Shown here one piece after another: positions 1-38,526 of a stretch of DNA of 64,000 bases. Under the pieces are notes generated by a model. It was not told the DNA's origin and made no database searches. It worked only from the letters and a program-made list of their open reading frames with translations. Location of the stretch: the NCBI GenBank assembly GCA_051362555.1, contig CM120640.1:43874788-43938787 (forward strand), in the 5' to 3' direction. Position numbers and translations under genes: made by a program. This DNA comes from Lingula anatina (Eukaryota > Animalia > Brachiopoda). Numbering within the stretch: position 1 is the stretch's first letter; every line of letters starts with the position of its first letter.

Positions 1-3000
1 TTTGATAATGAGACAATATTGTTTCTTATGCTGAAGATCTATGGATATAACATGCCTGATGTGATAAATACTGGTTATAACTTTAAATATTGGGAAGTTT
101 TATAACTGCAACTTGGCATCTTTTGCTTTAGATATATTAGAATGTGTCTTCTTTTTTTTTTCATTTCAATACATAAACAGTATATAAAGGTGTTCTGCTG
201 CAAGTGATAAAAGGCTTCATTTTTTCCGAAATTCAGAAAAAGTAATGAGGAATACAGTCAAAGTCTTTGTTCTCCTAAATAAATAAAATTGATATTATCG
301 GAAGAAGTTACTGAAGATTGGTTTCTTTTAAAAATGAATTCTCCAAATTAATAAAAACAAGAAAAAGAAATGGCTTCCTCAACAGCATGAGAACCATATT
401 TGATTGTAGCTAAAAATCTGTGAAAAATCAAAAAGTCAGCCTCATGTACTCGGACATGTAACTTCTACAAAATATGCATAAGATACATTTGTTATACTTG
501 GAAAGTGGATGTACATCGAAGAAAAGATTCAATTTAACTCGAGGCAAATAACTTACCATTTTTGTCAGAATTACCTGACGATTGCCATATAGAAATTGTA
601 ATCCAATATCTTTTTGACTGTGAAATAAAATTGAAACTGAATGATACGATGGTCATTTTTATTGTCAACTGACTTCAGTTGCTAGATTTGCACATAGATG
701 TCCCCACAGTGCACTGCACAACATCTCATTATGGTCAGAGTAAGGGAGTGTGCGTGTGTTGGAAAATAACAGGATAGCTGGCCGTCGCATTAGAGCGTTA
801 TTAGACATGACTTGCCAAATGCCATTATTCAGCAGGTTACAGTTGTGGATGCAGCAGGGGAAATTGGTATTGGAATTACCCCTCATATCCTCCTGAAATG
901 TGTCATTTCATCCCATGTGATGTTTATAGTCATCTTATTATCTGCTGTAGCAGTTTAAACCTGTGTAATTTTTCACGCTAGCTCTATCAAGTCTCACAAC
1001 CTGTTGCCTCTGTTGACTGGGTGCCCCTGAGCAACACAACCTAGGAGGGGGAATGATCACATAAAGATATAAAGTGCAACTTAAAACCACTTACCTTTGG
1101 TGAGACATAATGTGAAGGGTTTGTGGGTTCTGCTTGGTTGACTGGGAAGAAAATATGAAACCAGCCAATTTTATCCATTTGTTCAAAACTTTTGAGGCAG
1201 GACACCGATTTAGGGGAAATATTCACCTTTGCATATTACCGTCAGATATATTAAGCAGATAAAAAAAGTTCTTAAGTCAAGAAAACACCTTTGATGTGAA
1301 ATACCTTGATGTCAAATCTTATCCGAATCTCAGTTTACATTAAAGAAAAGAGAGGTGCTTTAGACCATACTAACAGAACATTATCTGTGTGGCTATTTGT
1401 TTTGGGCTCTTCATTTAAAAAAAAATCAGTTGTATACCTAAAACAGACACACATTCCAAATCGCTTTACAAAGAAATCTCTATGCTGGATTGTCACATTT
1501 TACTTCACTGAAGATTTCATGGTGCTGCAGGTACTGCAGTAGTGATACGCTTGAGTGCACAGCATCTCATCATCCTTCATAGCCATTTCTCTTGTCAAAC
1601 ATGAATCGCTGGAGGATGTAACCTGTGGTTACATGGATGACAGCACAAGACTGTTTGGCAGCCAGCCATTGCCCCTTGTGGTGTCATAAGCTGGCAAGGT
1701 GTCCCATCGTTGGCACGAGGGCAGGCTTGAAATCATGATCAACAGTGGTGGATTGGATCTCTGTCTCTCCTGAGTCCATCTGGCTCCAGTAGAATAGCTA
1801 GACCTAATGGTATGTTGAGCAGCGGCATATGATCCAGGTGTATACTTCTGGAGTACACTAGGACAGTATCAGTAAATGTGGGCCTGAAGTCCTTTCTCCC
1901 TCAAGACAACTGACACATTAGTGATTCAAAAGTTACTGGACACACCTTCAGTTTATGATAATTAACCACTTCGGAAGATGAGGCTCTTATGTGTAAAAGT
2001 GATAAAATTCAAATTAAAGGTTGTTGTTTTCATCATATCACTGTTGGCCCATTGACCAGGAAGACACTCAACATGGGTTCTGATAACATAATGATATCTT
2101 TGGACTTCATGGTTGAGTGTGACTTGTACAGCACAAGTACTGCTTCCTGTAATAAATACCACAGCCATATTCACATCAGGAATAAAGTAAAAGAGGAATA
2201 TATGGCTTATATTACTATTTCAATCATCAAGATTTTTTATTTTGAGTTGAAAAAAAAAATAAATAAATACATCATCTCTGACAAAGAGCCAATGTGGACT
2301 CCAAATCATCTCTTCAACAAAATGTGGTATTGGGAAAATGTTTGATTTAACTTAGTAATTATTGTAATTGGCATTGCCAATCAATCAAATTGCTTAACAT
2401 GGGATTTGAAAGACTAAGAGAGTGTTTAATGGTGATTCTTATGTAATGTAGCCATCTTGTTACAACACTAAGTCGTCACCCTTTAACCAACTGCAATTTT
2501 GTATGGCCTTTAGCTAGAAAAAAGGATAGAAATATATACATGTACCATTGGCCTTTTGATTAAGCATCCAACAATAAGTACAGCACTTACTGAGAGACCT
2601 TTTTTAAATGTATATTTAACCTCAGCACTACAGTATTTTTCTGAATGATTTATTGACCACAATATATTGAAAATATGGTTACTGTCTTATTCAAGTTAAA
2701 CATCTGTGCCTAATCTAAAATGTGGTTACCACAAGCCCCAGATCTCAGTGTATAATTTATCACCATGGTCAGATGCATTCAGAGATACAGTTTTCCTCCT
2801 TTTAAGATTTCCTTCCTTTTTCATAAGAAGAAGGTAAAATAGCCGTTTTATGAGGAAGCCTTAAAGAAAATTAAGTAGATTAATGGTCTACGTTTTAGAT
2901 AGGAAATCCCATTCGGTCTAAAAATAAGTAATTTATTTTGTTTGTGATAAAATGAAAGGTAATGGTCACCTGGTTGACCTTTTTTTTTAATTTGTATAAT

Positions 3001-6000
3001 AACTTTTTGCTGCCAGTGATTTACCACTTCCTTAGTTTTTATTATTATCATTATGAAGAACTTATGCCATCAATGAAACTTTTCAGGTATCTTGTGGATA
3101 AAGAGAGGGGTTTTTTTTTGTCAGCTGTACATGTAGCTGTTCAGATGTCTTTGAGGCCAGTATTTGTGTTATAAGATGTGTAATGTATAATTGCAGACTG
3201 GCTTTTTTTAAATACTTTATGTATATATTTTTGTATTTGATTTTTATTGAGCCCAAGTGGGAGGGCTGGTCAGTAAATGTTATGCCTGTGTCCAGTCCAG
3301 AGATTGACTACATTGATAACTGCACAAATGACACCCTTGTTTAGTGGTGACAGGCGTAATAGACCCTATTTCAGTTAGTTGTGGTTTATGGGTTGGAAAG
3401 ATGCCTGCACAGATTAAAAGTCCAAAATGTGGAGCTAGAGTTATCATATAATCTAAAAATCGTTAATTTTAAGGTGCACACTAAGGTCAGCCAAGCAGAA
3501 TGCTTAGAGGAGCAGCCTCAACGCTTGACTGGGTTGTACTGTAGAGGGCACTGTACTCATTATTTTTTCTCATTTTTTTCAGAAGTTAATGTTCTGAAAG
3601 AATCTTATTGTGTTCAGTTTAGAGTCTGATTATAAATGAATCAATATCAAAACATGAGAGAGTAGAATGGCTTGTTTGCAATTAGAAGTATATTGAGACA
3701 CTAAAAAGATTTTAAGGTAATAGATAATGGTCCATTTATGCTAGGACTAGTTTTCCTTCAGAAGTTATTGGTAATATTCTACATCCTTTGAGAAATGGAG
3801 TAGCAAATTGATCTTCAGATTTAGTCACAACAGCCAGGAAAGTAATTTCTACAAGCCTGGGAAGTCCATTGAGTTTAGTTTGAAACTTGTTTTTACTTAG
3901 TTATTTTTACTAAGTATTTTGTGTCATAAAAGTTCAATTTCATGCATCTAAAAAATCTTATATTAGACATTTTGTCACCTCTTGTTTATTGAAGCTTGAT
4001 GCATATCCCTGCAAGGGGCTTTACTACAATAATCAGTGCATTCATCAGATTAAATTTGGCTATTGTATATTCCTTATCACTCCGACTGTTGACATGCAAT
4101 ACAATCATAACCGTAATATTTCAAAACACATGCCTTGTGTTTTTTTTCTCATCTGAATGGGGATTTTATTACATGAATGATACCCAAGGTCACACAAGGA
4201 ATACAATGGTTGAATCTGTTTGTTCTTAAAAATGTTCATTTTCCACCATGTTTGTTCAGGTTGGCTACAGCTAGAACAGAGCTCGGCACCTCAAACAGTA
4301 ACCAAAGCTCTGTGTGTGTGTTCTGACAAACATCTCCTGCTTTGATCATTAAAGATAGTATTGTCCCCCTTTCTGCAGACCTGGCCATCCTGTAAATAGA
4401 GTGGGACTCGTACCAAGTGACTTTTATGAAACGTGAGCAAGAAAATATTCAAGTTAAAGATTACTTTGTGAAGGGCATACAATGGATGAAATGATCCGAT
4501 CACATCTTGCAATATTTCGGTAGAGCCATTTAACTTCCACTTCATTTCATGTTCTCAAATTGGAAACAAACTCACAATGCCCTCAAAAGATTTGATTTCC
4601 AAAGAAAACCAACCATTCATGCAGCTCTGATTACCTAAGGCTAAAGGTGAGCTTCATTTCAAAGTTAGATGAGTGAGTTGGTTTGTTTGTTTGTTCTGGG
4701 ACATTTTCAACAGGGGGACAATCAGCCAGAGGTTTTTGACTGCATTGCAAAACACAACAAAAACATTCTAAAGATAATTGGATTTGGATTGAAAACATTT
4801 GGATTAGAACACGGCACATTGAGTTTTGCAATAAAACCTTTGATTTAAGGATGTTTCATGGTGTTAGCACATATTTCATTGAAGTTATTGAAATAATGTA
4901 ATTTATTTTATTTTCAGTCTGTTTTTACTTGAGAAAGTGCACAAGTTTGCAAGGTGTGATTACTTGTGTTTACACTAGGGATATGTCTTATATTAAGGTG
5001 TTAGTGAAATAAAGCGGCACTCCTTTACAGCAATAATCATAACATGATTTGCTTTCTCTGTTTTTGTTATGGAAGTGCCAATGTACACTTTTGTAATACT
5101 ATTTATTACAAGAGAAGTAAATATTCCAGAGATTGACTTGTGGTTCAAGTGAAATACAATGACCTTTGAATTAAGTAAAGATCAAGTCTTAAGTGGAAGG
5201 TGAAAACATGCACCTGAAACCAATCAATACGTGAAATGACCACTGGTTTTCTTCAATGTATTCCTTTGAGTGTATCTTCAGTTATTACTGCAGCTATCAA
5301 TTTCATCATTACATGACTAAGATTTTGATCCATTTTACCAATTTAGCTAAAAGTTCATTTGCTAAGCACAACATCACCCTGATGAATCTAAGGCAGAAAT
5401 AATATGACACATTGCCTCACTGCTGTTTCACCTAATCTAATGAAGAACCACAATAGGAAATTAATCAATTAGTGTTCTGTAAAACCTGGATAGAGATTGC
5501 TTTCAACCTAGTATTAATATTAATATTGTTATTAGAATAATATAAGTAAGATAGTGTTATTAAAACTATATTGAACATTCTGAGAAAAGGGTTAAAAATG
5601 TGTTCATTTCCTCCATCTCTCTTCTATAGACAATCTAATCAAGAACAAATGTTTCAGTGAAACTAGTAATGCCATCGACTTTTTTGCTTCTCATGCAACT
5701 GGGTATCATCCTGTTTGAACATTAATGAGTAGTATGGAATTAAGGCAGATTCCAGGCTCTTGGGCTTGAATTTTTTATAATAGCTATGCCAGATGTGATT
5801 AACCATTGACTTGATAAATAATATAGAGATCAAAATATAATGTAGCCAATTTTGCAACCCACATCATGCCTACATAATTTAATTGGTCTCAGTACTAATG
5901 TGTCTCTTAGTGAAGTGTAGCCCCGTTTTATGTGGGAAAATTAATGTTGTTAATAATGATGACAGGTTGTATGGTGCATTTGGTATCATCTTGATACACA

Positions 6001-9000
6001 GCAGTCAATTTCTCATCGATAAAAGCCAAGCGATAACTTAATAAAAGACTATAAAGCATTCAAATTTGACTCTGTTTGAACAACGTTAGCTATAAAAAAT
6101 CTGCATGAAAGTATACAATATTTAGATTAATTTTACATCAGCAACTTCTAATTGGGTTCAAAAATTGCTGCACCCCACTGTTAAAGTATTAAATGGAGGA
6201 AGATCAAGTCAGTAGAATAAAAACCTAAAATAGATCATAAAAAAAAAAAAAATAGAACCAGGATGTGGAATTGATAGGTAAATAGATAAGCATGTTTAAT
6301 TACTAAAAAAAAAAAAGCAAATATTTATGATTTCAACAGATGAGAAGTGTATGGCTGTTTACATAAGAAACCTTTCAAAACTGCTCTGTGGGACAACACA
6401 CCTTGTTATGTTCTCTACAAGGAAATTAAGGCACCATAATATTAATCCATGCATTACAATTATGAAGCTAACTTTACATGTAACCAACCTTTTCAGGAAT
6501 TCAAACAACGCCATTACCAGGATGTTAATTATTTAATGTGCTATACTGTGATTAGTTGCTCCGTAAAGGTTGCAAGACAATAGAAATCAGCAGGTGGTTT
6601 TTGATTGAAAGTCTGTTGCGGAAGTGATTAGTGACTGCTTTCATTTTGCCTGACTAGCCACACTGCCAGCTCCAGCTTTATTATTATTATTCTCAGCCAA
6701 TCGATGAATCGGCAGTGCATTCAATTGTTCAGGCACCCAACCATAGATTATTGATTACACTTCGTGCACATCTTTGCAAAATAAATGGAGGGAGAAAATT
6801 GGAAATCAAAATTTTTAATAGTCCTGTCATCTGTACTATTGAATACATTTGTAATCTTCACTGGGCTTTTACAATAATCACATCAGGAATCCTATCAAAA
6901 TGCCATTTTATTTCTCTTACAAATGAAAAAGCATTGTCACGTTTTCTGGAGGAAATTTGTCTCCATGGGAACCAAAGTAATTATGGAAAGAGCAGAAATG
7001 AATGTGGTTAGAGATTGATAATAGCGTTCAATCAGGAAGCAAAGAAAAGGCAAATGTGCTTTACATTAGCACCTTGTTACAAATGACAGTACAAAAAGGT
7101 TAGAGGGTTATTGTTGCTTTGTAATGTTCTAATCAGAATGATAAACCTTTTAAGACAATTATATATCTTGTGCAGACAGGTCAGTATGCTTTTTTCCAGT
7201 CAAAGTAGCCAACCATATACATGATGAAGAACCACAGAAAAATCATTACAAGACCTCTGAATAAACGTTTGGGGATTTGCATGCATGTGTGTCTTTCAGT
7301 GTGTATTTGTGCATGAAGAAAGGGAAATCAGCCATTATATTCCAAAGCCACCTATAAAAACCATTGAATTTGGCCAATCAGCAGCAAGCAAGCCTCTGAA
7401 GGTGGTAATGAACAAGTTTAGGTGGAGGCACTTTAAAGGTTTGCAAGTGGATAAGTGTTTGATGCTTGGCTACATACATTCAGGTATTAGGTTTCTATTG
7501 CTTTTTGCTCCAGTACTCTTGCTATGTGAGCATACATCACCACTTACATCTGTCAAGCCAGCCACATTGATTGGGAGTTGCAGAGTCAAATTCTGCACAG
7601 AGGCCCTGTGAAATGATATGAACTTAATCATCTAATAGCTTTTCATAGCATATTGAAGTCTGTGCTAAGAAGTGGTGCGGAACACTGAGCATCATTGTAC
7701 TTGCTCTCTGGGCGCATCCTGCAAAAATGTGGAATCTGGTGCGGAGAGTGTATGGTCTGTTGAAAATCAATTCAATAAAAGCCAACTTTGGTCGACTCCC
7801 TGGGTGTATAATAACCTTTCATCTGTCTAGGCCAGTAAAACTCTGCTCTCAGTGTTCCCTATAGTTGATGTTTTAAGTGACAAACAAAGTAAGATGTATG
7901 GGTGTTTGTCACTTGATTACTTCATGTCATTCCACTTGCCATAGGAGAAAGAAATGATGAGTGTGCAAAGAAAGGGATGTTAATTTTTTTTTACATTTTA
8001 GGGTTTCAGTTCAACAGTGTGAGGAGAGCAAGAAAAGAGGACAATTTTGTCATAAAATCAACCTCAACTATAAAGGATGACAGGATACAAATCCCATTCT
8101 CATATCTGCAAATGAAATGGAAAAGCAGATATGATCAATCAGAGTCTTCAGTGTAGGCGTCATTTCTTGGTATAATCTGTGCCTGGTCATACAATACAGC
8201 AGCTAATCTTCCACTTGTCTGCAAGCAAATTTAGAGTGATACAAGCTTTTTAATACTCTTTTGATTGATTACATGGATCTGTATTTCAAACAATGGATAA
8301 AGTTCGTTTTCTGGAATTTCAAGAAGAGCGGGGAGTTTGAGTGAAAAGTGTATGGTTTACACTAACATGAAAAGAAGTCGAGATAAATAACAGAAAACTA
8401 TATATAACTACATATAACTTTTTTTTTCTTATTTGTAATAAGAATATGGTCCACGGACTATGCTGCCTTAACGCCTACCTTCTAGACATTGCAGGACTTC
8501 TTTCAAAGCCTTGACAAGAATCCCCTGAAGTCCACTGTTTTAATCTCTCAAACTCACATCCACGTAAGGATTCATCTTCCTGTAAACTTTTTCTTTGACA
8601 TTTACAACAAAGTTGAAAATAAGGTAAAAAGTTAATGGCATACTCAGTATGAGGAGGAGAATAAATCTGACCTCTTGCTAGGCACCATTGTTGTTTGTAA
8701 GCTTTTTTTAAGAAATCTTTGTTTGTCCTTGACTTAGATTTTATGAAAGGCCACACCCCAGTGGACAGATGTGTCACCTTGTATTAGATTTACAAGGTCT
8801 AAGGGTTCATCCTCATTGAAATTATCAGTCTACGTTGATAGATCCATCTGCAGGGACACTTGCTGAATGCAATCAGTTTAACAGATTAACACACCTCTTA
8901 TTTCCAACATACTGGTATAATTACCGTCTTTGCTGTATTCTACTCAACACCAGGAGTAGTGTTAAGCAAGAGTCCCCAGGGAGTTGGATCAAATTTTGTA

Positions 9001-10717
9001 GACCAATAGTTTCCATGGGAATGAGCCCTTAGTTGTACAACAACATGCTGACTGCCAATATTCAGCCTGCAGTATTCATAACTTATAAAATTTATTGAAC
9101 AGCATTAAAAGGGTGATCACATGATCAATATATTGGTTTATTTTTAAACAGTTTGGTTTTATTTATTTAACTTGTCTTTGCACTAAATTCATCTAACATA
9201 AAAGCAAATTTGAAGACTAATGGCAAAATTTTTCTCCTATAATACAATATTGTCAGGGACCTGCTGTAAAAGCTTTTCTTTACATACAATTTTCTTTATC
9301 TTGATGAATTTATCTCCAGTTTCCAGACAAATACATATTTGTTCAATTATCATGCAACTTCTTTGAACTCCCTCAACTGAGGCAGAAGCCATCCTGAATA
9401 AGGTAATGAAGGACAAACAAACAAGCAAATGTACTCAACTATTGCACAGCTCAGTGAACAAATCGGAAAAAGTGTCACCTAAGTCATCTCAGAATGGCTT
9501 ATTCAAAATAAGGATATTAAACCCCAGAGGGTTTTGCTTTCACCCACCTTTTGTTTATCCTGTTGGTATTTGCTGAGGTGCATTGGAACCAATCAGTTTA
9601 TTCATTTTTATATTTACAAACCAAATATATTTATAAAGTAAATATTCTAGAGGCACTTGCAAGAAGGTAAACTGCATTCCGTTGATTCATGCTTGAGTAA
9701 AAATCAAGTTAAAGTCAGTGGAAAATATGTATTATGTGTGCCAAAGCAGTCCTGTAATTTTACTATATTTTCTCTGTTGTAATCCATGGGCTTTGATTAA
9801 CTGAAGTGAGACTGAGCATAATGCTACACAGCTCTTCTACTGACTGAGATGAAATGTCATACCATTCACCGTTATATTTAATATGTGAATTTATCTTGAT
9901 TTCTACTCACTGGCTAATTCACTTTTTGTACATGACAAAGTAAAACATATGTGCAGCATACTGGATATAAATGGATGTGGAAACTAACAACCAAGCAGCA
10001 TTTGAGTTGTCTTTCTTTTGAATTATGAAGTTTGCATTAGCTGTTCATAAAACTGCAGCCTGTTCATTTTAGCCTTTGGTTCTGTTCTCTTGCATAAGTT
10101 AATATGTGCATGAATGATGCTGGCCTATAATGTAACTTCATTTCCAGGATGGGAAAGTTTTCTTTCATCTCAGCATATTATCCTGTTCTTAACTGCTCCA
10201 ATCTTTTACCACACAATAAAACCTAATGAATCACCATTATTTCAAATCATATATCTCAGAAATGACAGTCAGCAAAAAAAGATAAAAGCATTACATAGGT
10301 TTTACATGAAGTTCATGTGCTATACCAGACCCTGGTGAACGATTTGAGTAACAAAAATAAGTCAAAAATTACTATCACTTGTTCTATTCATGGTCAGTAT
10401 GTATTTGCACAGGTGAGCCAGCACCCAAACCCCTTTCCATCCCCAAAAAGTCACACCCCCAGCAAGAGGAAAAGGACCATACTAAAACAACAGATATCTT
10501 TCTTCTTCTGACCTCCACAAGGCAAAAAAGCATGTTCCTTGAAGGGATGACTCTTTGTATGCGTTCTAACATATAAATACATTGTAAACAACTATATTCT
10601 ATTTTTTCACAAAAAACAGCAGTTATAGATAGCAATTATTCTGAAATCTGTGCTTGCCATCGACCATGAGATCTCCATAGATGGCTATACTCTGTAAAAT
10701 CTCTTAAGAGATTATTA

Positions 10718-10718
<1 letters not shown>

Positions 10719-10753
<35 letters not shown>
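10719..10753 (+). repeat. poly(A)35
   Basis: Homopolymer run read directly. Confidence 0.95.
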
Positions 10754-10754
<1 letters not shown>

Positions 10755-11479
10755 ACTTTTAGAGAAAATCCAGGGACTAAGTTTGGATATAGAAATGGAT
10801 TCATTAACCATTGGTAAGTATGGGAAAGTTGTCGTTTGCCTCAGAGAAATTCTTTTTTTTTTAATCAAAATGAATAGCTGCTATCCTTTTAAACTTTAAA
10901 TTCCACTTTTGAAAAATGTTATCAAGTATCTGTGGAGATGCAAGCTCTCCTTCAAACACCTACACCAACATTTTAAATGCATCCCAATGTATTCATGGAG
11001 ATCAACAGGCCCCCTAATTGTAAAATTGTTCAGTATATGAAATGCATTGGGTAGTTAAAGTTTATGCAGTGGAAATTGCTTTTTCATGATAGCAAAACTG
11101 CAGTATTCAAGGAATGTGTGTATTTACATGGCAATATAGGCCTACATAATAATGATATTCCAATACTATTAATCAAAAATAATGTTTAAGGAAAACCTGC
11201 ATTATAACCCGTCCCTTTATATGTATTACATGGTTGGCGAGTGTCCGTGGTTGGTTACCAATTTCATTATTATTTCATTGCCTACTAAAAAACAAGATGG
11301 CATGGGATGCTTGTCAGCTAAATATGCTGTTGTGGTTATTTGAAGTCCCTGGATAGTCAGTTTATTGACCATGGTGGCAAGTACTTCATCAACTCTAACA
11401 TTACCAGATTATCAATTCAGTTCACATTTAATGGGAAGCTTACAAAAATAACAAAGATTATATTAGAATTGGAATTGTG

Positions 11480-11493
<14 letters not shown>

Positions 11494-11525
<32 letters not shown>
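11494..11525. repeat. (TA)n microsatellite preceded by an A run
   Basis: Read directly. Confidence 0.9.
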
Positions 11526-11527
<2 letters not shown>

Positions 11528-14369
11528 CATGAACTAGTTTTTCTCTTTTTTAAGGTAATTTAGCACTGTTAAAAGTAAAACTTTTATTCAAAATTAGAAA
11601 TTATTTTATCATCAATTTCACTTAATTCATGTGGTAAATACTTAAACGCATTTGTATAAAATTCTGATCATTAAATATATTGAGGATAGTTGGCAGACTG
11701 AAAAATTGAGAAATATTTTAAATAGCTATAAAGATATGTTTAAAAAATCATCTCTCTAATATTATAGTCATTATAGAAATAATAAGTGTCAACAAGCCTT
11801 TGCAAGGAATCTTCATTTATGTGCAAATGTAGACTTTTAATTCAATGAAGATAATGAAAGGCAATTACATGTTTTTCATTGGTATACAATTATGTGTCCA
11901 CGCATTTGGAAGGCTATTTTGTCTTTTTGTGTCAGTATTGATGTTTATGGTAAATATTTGCCTTACAATAAAACAAACTGTATTTATGGATGTTTAAATG
12001 CCTGACTGATAATTGAACAATTTGTAGACAAAGAACTTATCAAGTCCATTAGATACCAGAAAGAAATGAATATTTGCACGGGGGTCTATTTGAACAATGC
12101 ACAGAATCGATGCACATTAGGAAAACTTCCACTCAGTCAGAAAATTTGTTCAAATCTACTTGATATTACAGAAAGCCAAGTTTTATCCAATGTTTAATTG
12201 TATTGATGATCGACTCATATTTCCTACAATCCTTATTCTCTAAGGGCTTTGATTAAATGTGCACCGAAACCCTAGCATGGAAGAAAATATTGATCAGCGA
12301 GGGTTTACTGAACGAATTAGGTGGCACGGGTTTTGTGACGACTGACATTTGCTTTTGTCGCCATTTACTTGACTTGTTTTCGATGGTGCATTTTGTACAG
12401 CCGCCTTGAGTTTTTATTCCACATGTATAAAAAATTTAACTTTATTTGCTTTGACAAAACAAATGAACATACACTCCTACTTGTTTCACTAAAATAAATA
12501 GAAACTCGAAAATAATATAAAAGAAATCATCATCACATGATATTTTGTTACATTTTCTTGTTAGCTTGACGTTTTTCCGGCTGTCTTCTTTTCGAAATTG
12601 CAAAATAACATTTTGATTGAACTCTGCATAATAATGTTGGCCTATTATTTCAGTTACACATGATGATCGCGTATTTTTTCAGCAATGAAGTAAAATAGAC
12701 CACGTGACCTGGCACCCGGCCAGCCACAAGTAACCACTGCCGCAGACTTACTCCCAAATGCAAAGATTGCATGCAGCCTGGGTATTATCCCTGTATGATT
12801 AGGTTATGCGCAATGTGTTAAACAGAGCTTCCTTGTAACAGTAATAACCAACCGCCACTGAAAATAGAAAAATATCACACACCGCCCTGTCTGTTAAAAA
12901 AAAAGTGGGCGTCTGTTGTTACTTTTACAACCAGCAGAAGTGAACGGACATGATGATAAAATGCCAAACCGAATTTGCTTAATTTAGATGCTGTACCTTC
13001 TACGTTCATTAAATGTCGGATTATCATTGTTTTCGTTTGTACAAAATACCCCATAATTAGATACTACTGTTCGAAATACCGGGATTTACAAAATAAAGAC
13101 CACAAGACCCAAGTTATCAGCGCGTAATTGTTGGAAAGTAGAATGTTGCTGATAGTCTAATCAGACTGTCACGCTGGCATAATCCGTTTGAAAAGATCAT
13201 CTGTCATTTTTTTTCTTTTTATGTGGTCAGTGTGGCACCGCCATTGTCAGCTGTGTAGCAAGCAGTGACTTTATCATAAAACGGGCACAAGAGGCTATCT
13301 CTACCCGAGGTTTATGTATATATAATCTCCCATTATGGTCTGATGATATCCCAGGTATATGATTACACGCGGTAAGTGACGTGTGATGGTAATTACATTG
13401 AAATTACTGCCAGCAATGAAGCAAATACAAAATCTATTATTTATGTATGAAAGAAGCAATAAGGCAGCCTTTCATATCCAGAGGGAAATGAAGCTGGCTG
13501 ATTCTTTCACTTCGATTAGATAATCCGTATTAGATGGAATAGAAATTCAAATTGCTCTCGTTTCCAACATTTGCCATTTATCCATCTCCCTAATGAGATC
13601 AAAATAATGTCCAAGTAATGTTGGATATTTCTTCACAATATCACAAAGAAAAACTAATTCAAAAATAAAATTTGTCAAGGGAATTTAAGGGAAGAATTAT
13701 TCCCCGTTGAGATAAATAACTGTCGACTGCCAACACAGGAAATTTTCTGATAGGTGCCTTCATAAGAAGTATTGATTCCTCCTCCGAATAAAACTCAGGC
13801 TTATTTTGGTGGGAATGGCGCTGAACAAAGGCAAGTCTTGCGTATTAACTTTCCGTGGTTAATTTGGGGCATTTGCTAGATGGAAACGACTTGCTAGTTC
13901 CGGCTGCCTGCTATTCTCGAATTTAGATAAGCTTGCAGTTGCTCAGCCCCCCTAGCTTCATTTATATGCACAACAAAAGTGACAGGTACATATCAAAACC
14001 CCACTGGGCTCTGCATCGCCAACGGTTCCAACCGCCGTAAAGTACGTATTCTAGTCTATTAATGTTGCAAAACATGCAGACTCACGATAGTGTAGAAGAA
14101 AGAACAAAATATTTTAGTAAAATTTTACATTCGGTTTGTTTTGGTATAAAAAACATTGGCATTTTATCTGTTTCTTTTGTTCTACAGGTCTAATAATTTT
14201 TTGATTCATTCGGATCCATAGCTTCTGAAGTGTGGGTTATGAGGAATACAAAGTAGTACATAAGGCAAAAATTATGCTTTTGTGATCAGATATGCGCATT
14301 TTCATCAAATACATGGACATAGCCTAATATAACTATTCGCCAGCCTGCACAATCCTGTTGTAATATATG

Positions 14370-14530
14370 CACAGTAGGCGGGGCCTATAGGAGCGGTGGC
14401 CGTTGAATCTGCCGTTCTTATTGGTTTAGGCGTCGAAAGTATTGTGCATAACTAATGACCCACGCGGACCGATGTGTCGGACTGTATTTGCAGATCAGCC
14501 AATCAGTTTACTCCATATATGGCAAGTTGT
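14370..14530 (+). promoter_or_regulatory. Probable Groucho proximal promoter within a CpG-rich region (about 12.2-15.3 kb)
   Basis: GC box AGGCGGGG at about 14376; ATTGG at 14420 and AGCCAATCAG at about 14497 (CCAAT boxes); CACGCG at 14461; perfect CArG CCATATATGG at 14513-14522; CpG visibly more frequent than in flanking introns. The TSS cannot be placed from sequence. Confidence 0.55.
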
Positions 14531-14885
14531 ATTGCTTGGCGCTTTTGTTACTTGGCTAAACACCGCATGTCGTGGATGCTGTGTGTGGCATCTGGTACGA
14601 GGCGAGCAAATTTTCCCAGGGACATTTTCACCTATTTTAGCCGATTTGACCACCTTTGTCGAATATCAGATACTGTAGTGTGATTCCAGGTACATTAGGA
14701 ATATCGACGATTGAGAATTCTTAGAAATAATCCAGCATCGATAGGTTAATTTGGCTGTGAAGTTCAAATCGCTGCACAAAGAAAGACTCGAGCTTTGGTG
14801 GGAATATCCGCCCTGTCATTGAAGCGGTGGTGTTTTACAATATTTCACTGATCTAAGGGATCAAGCTATCACACGGGCAGCCGGG

Positions 14886-38526
<23,641 letters not shown>

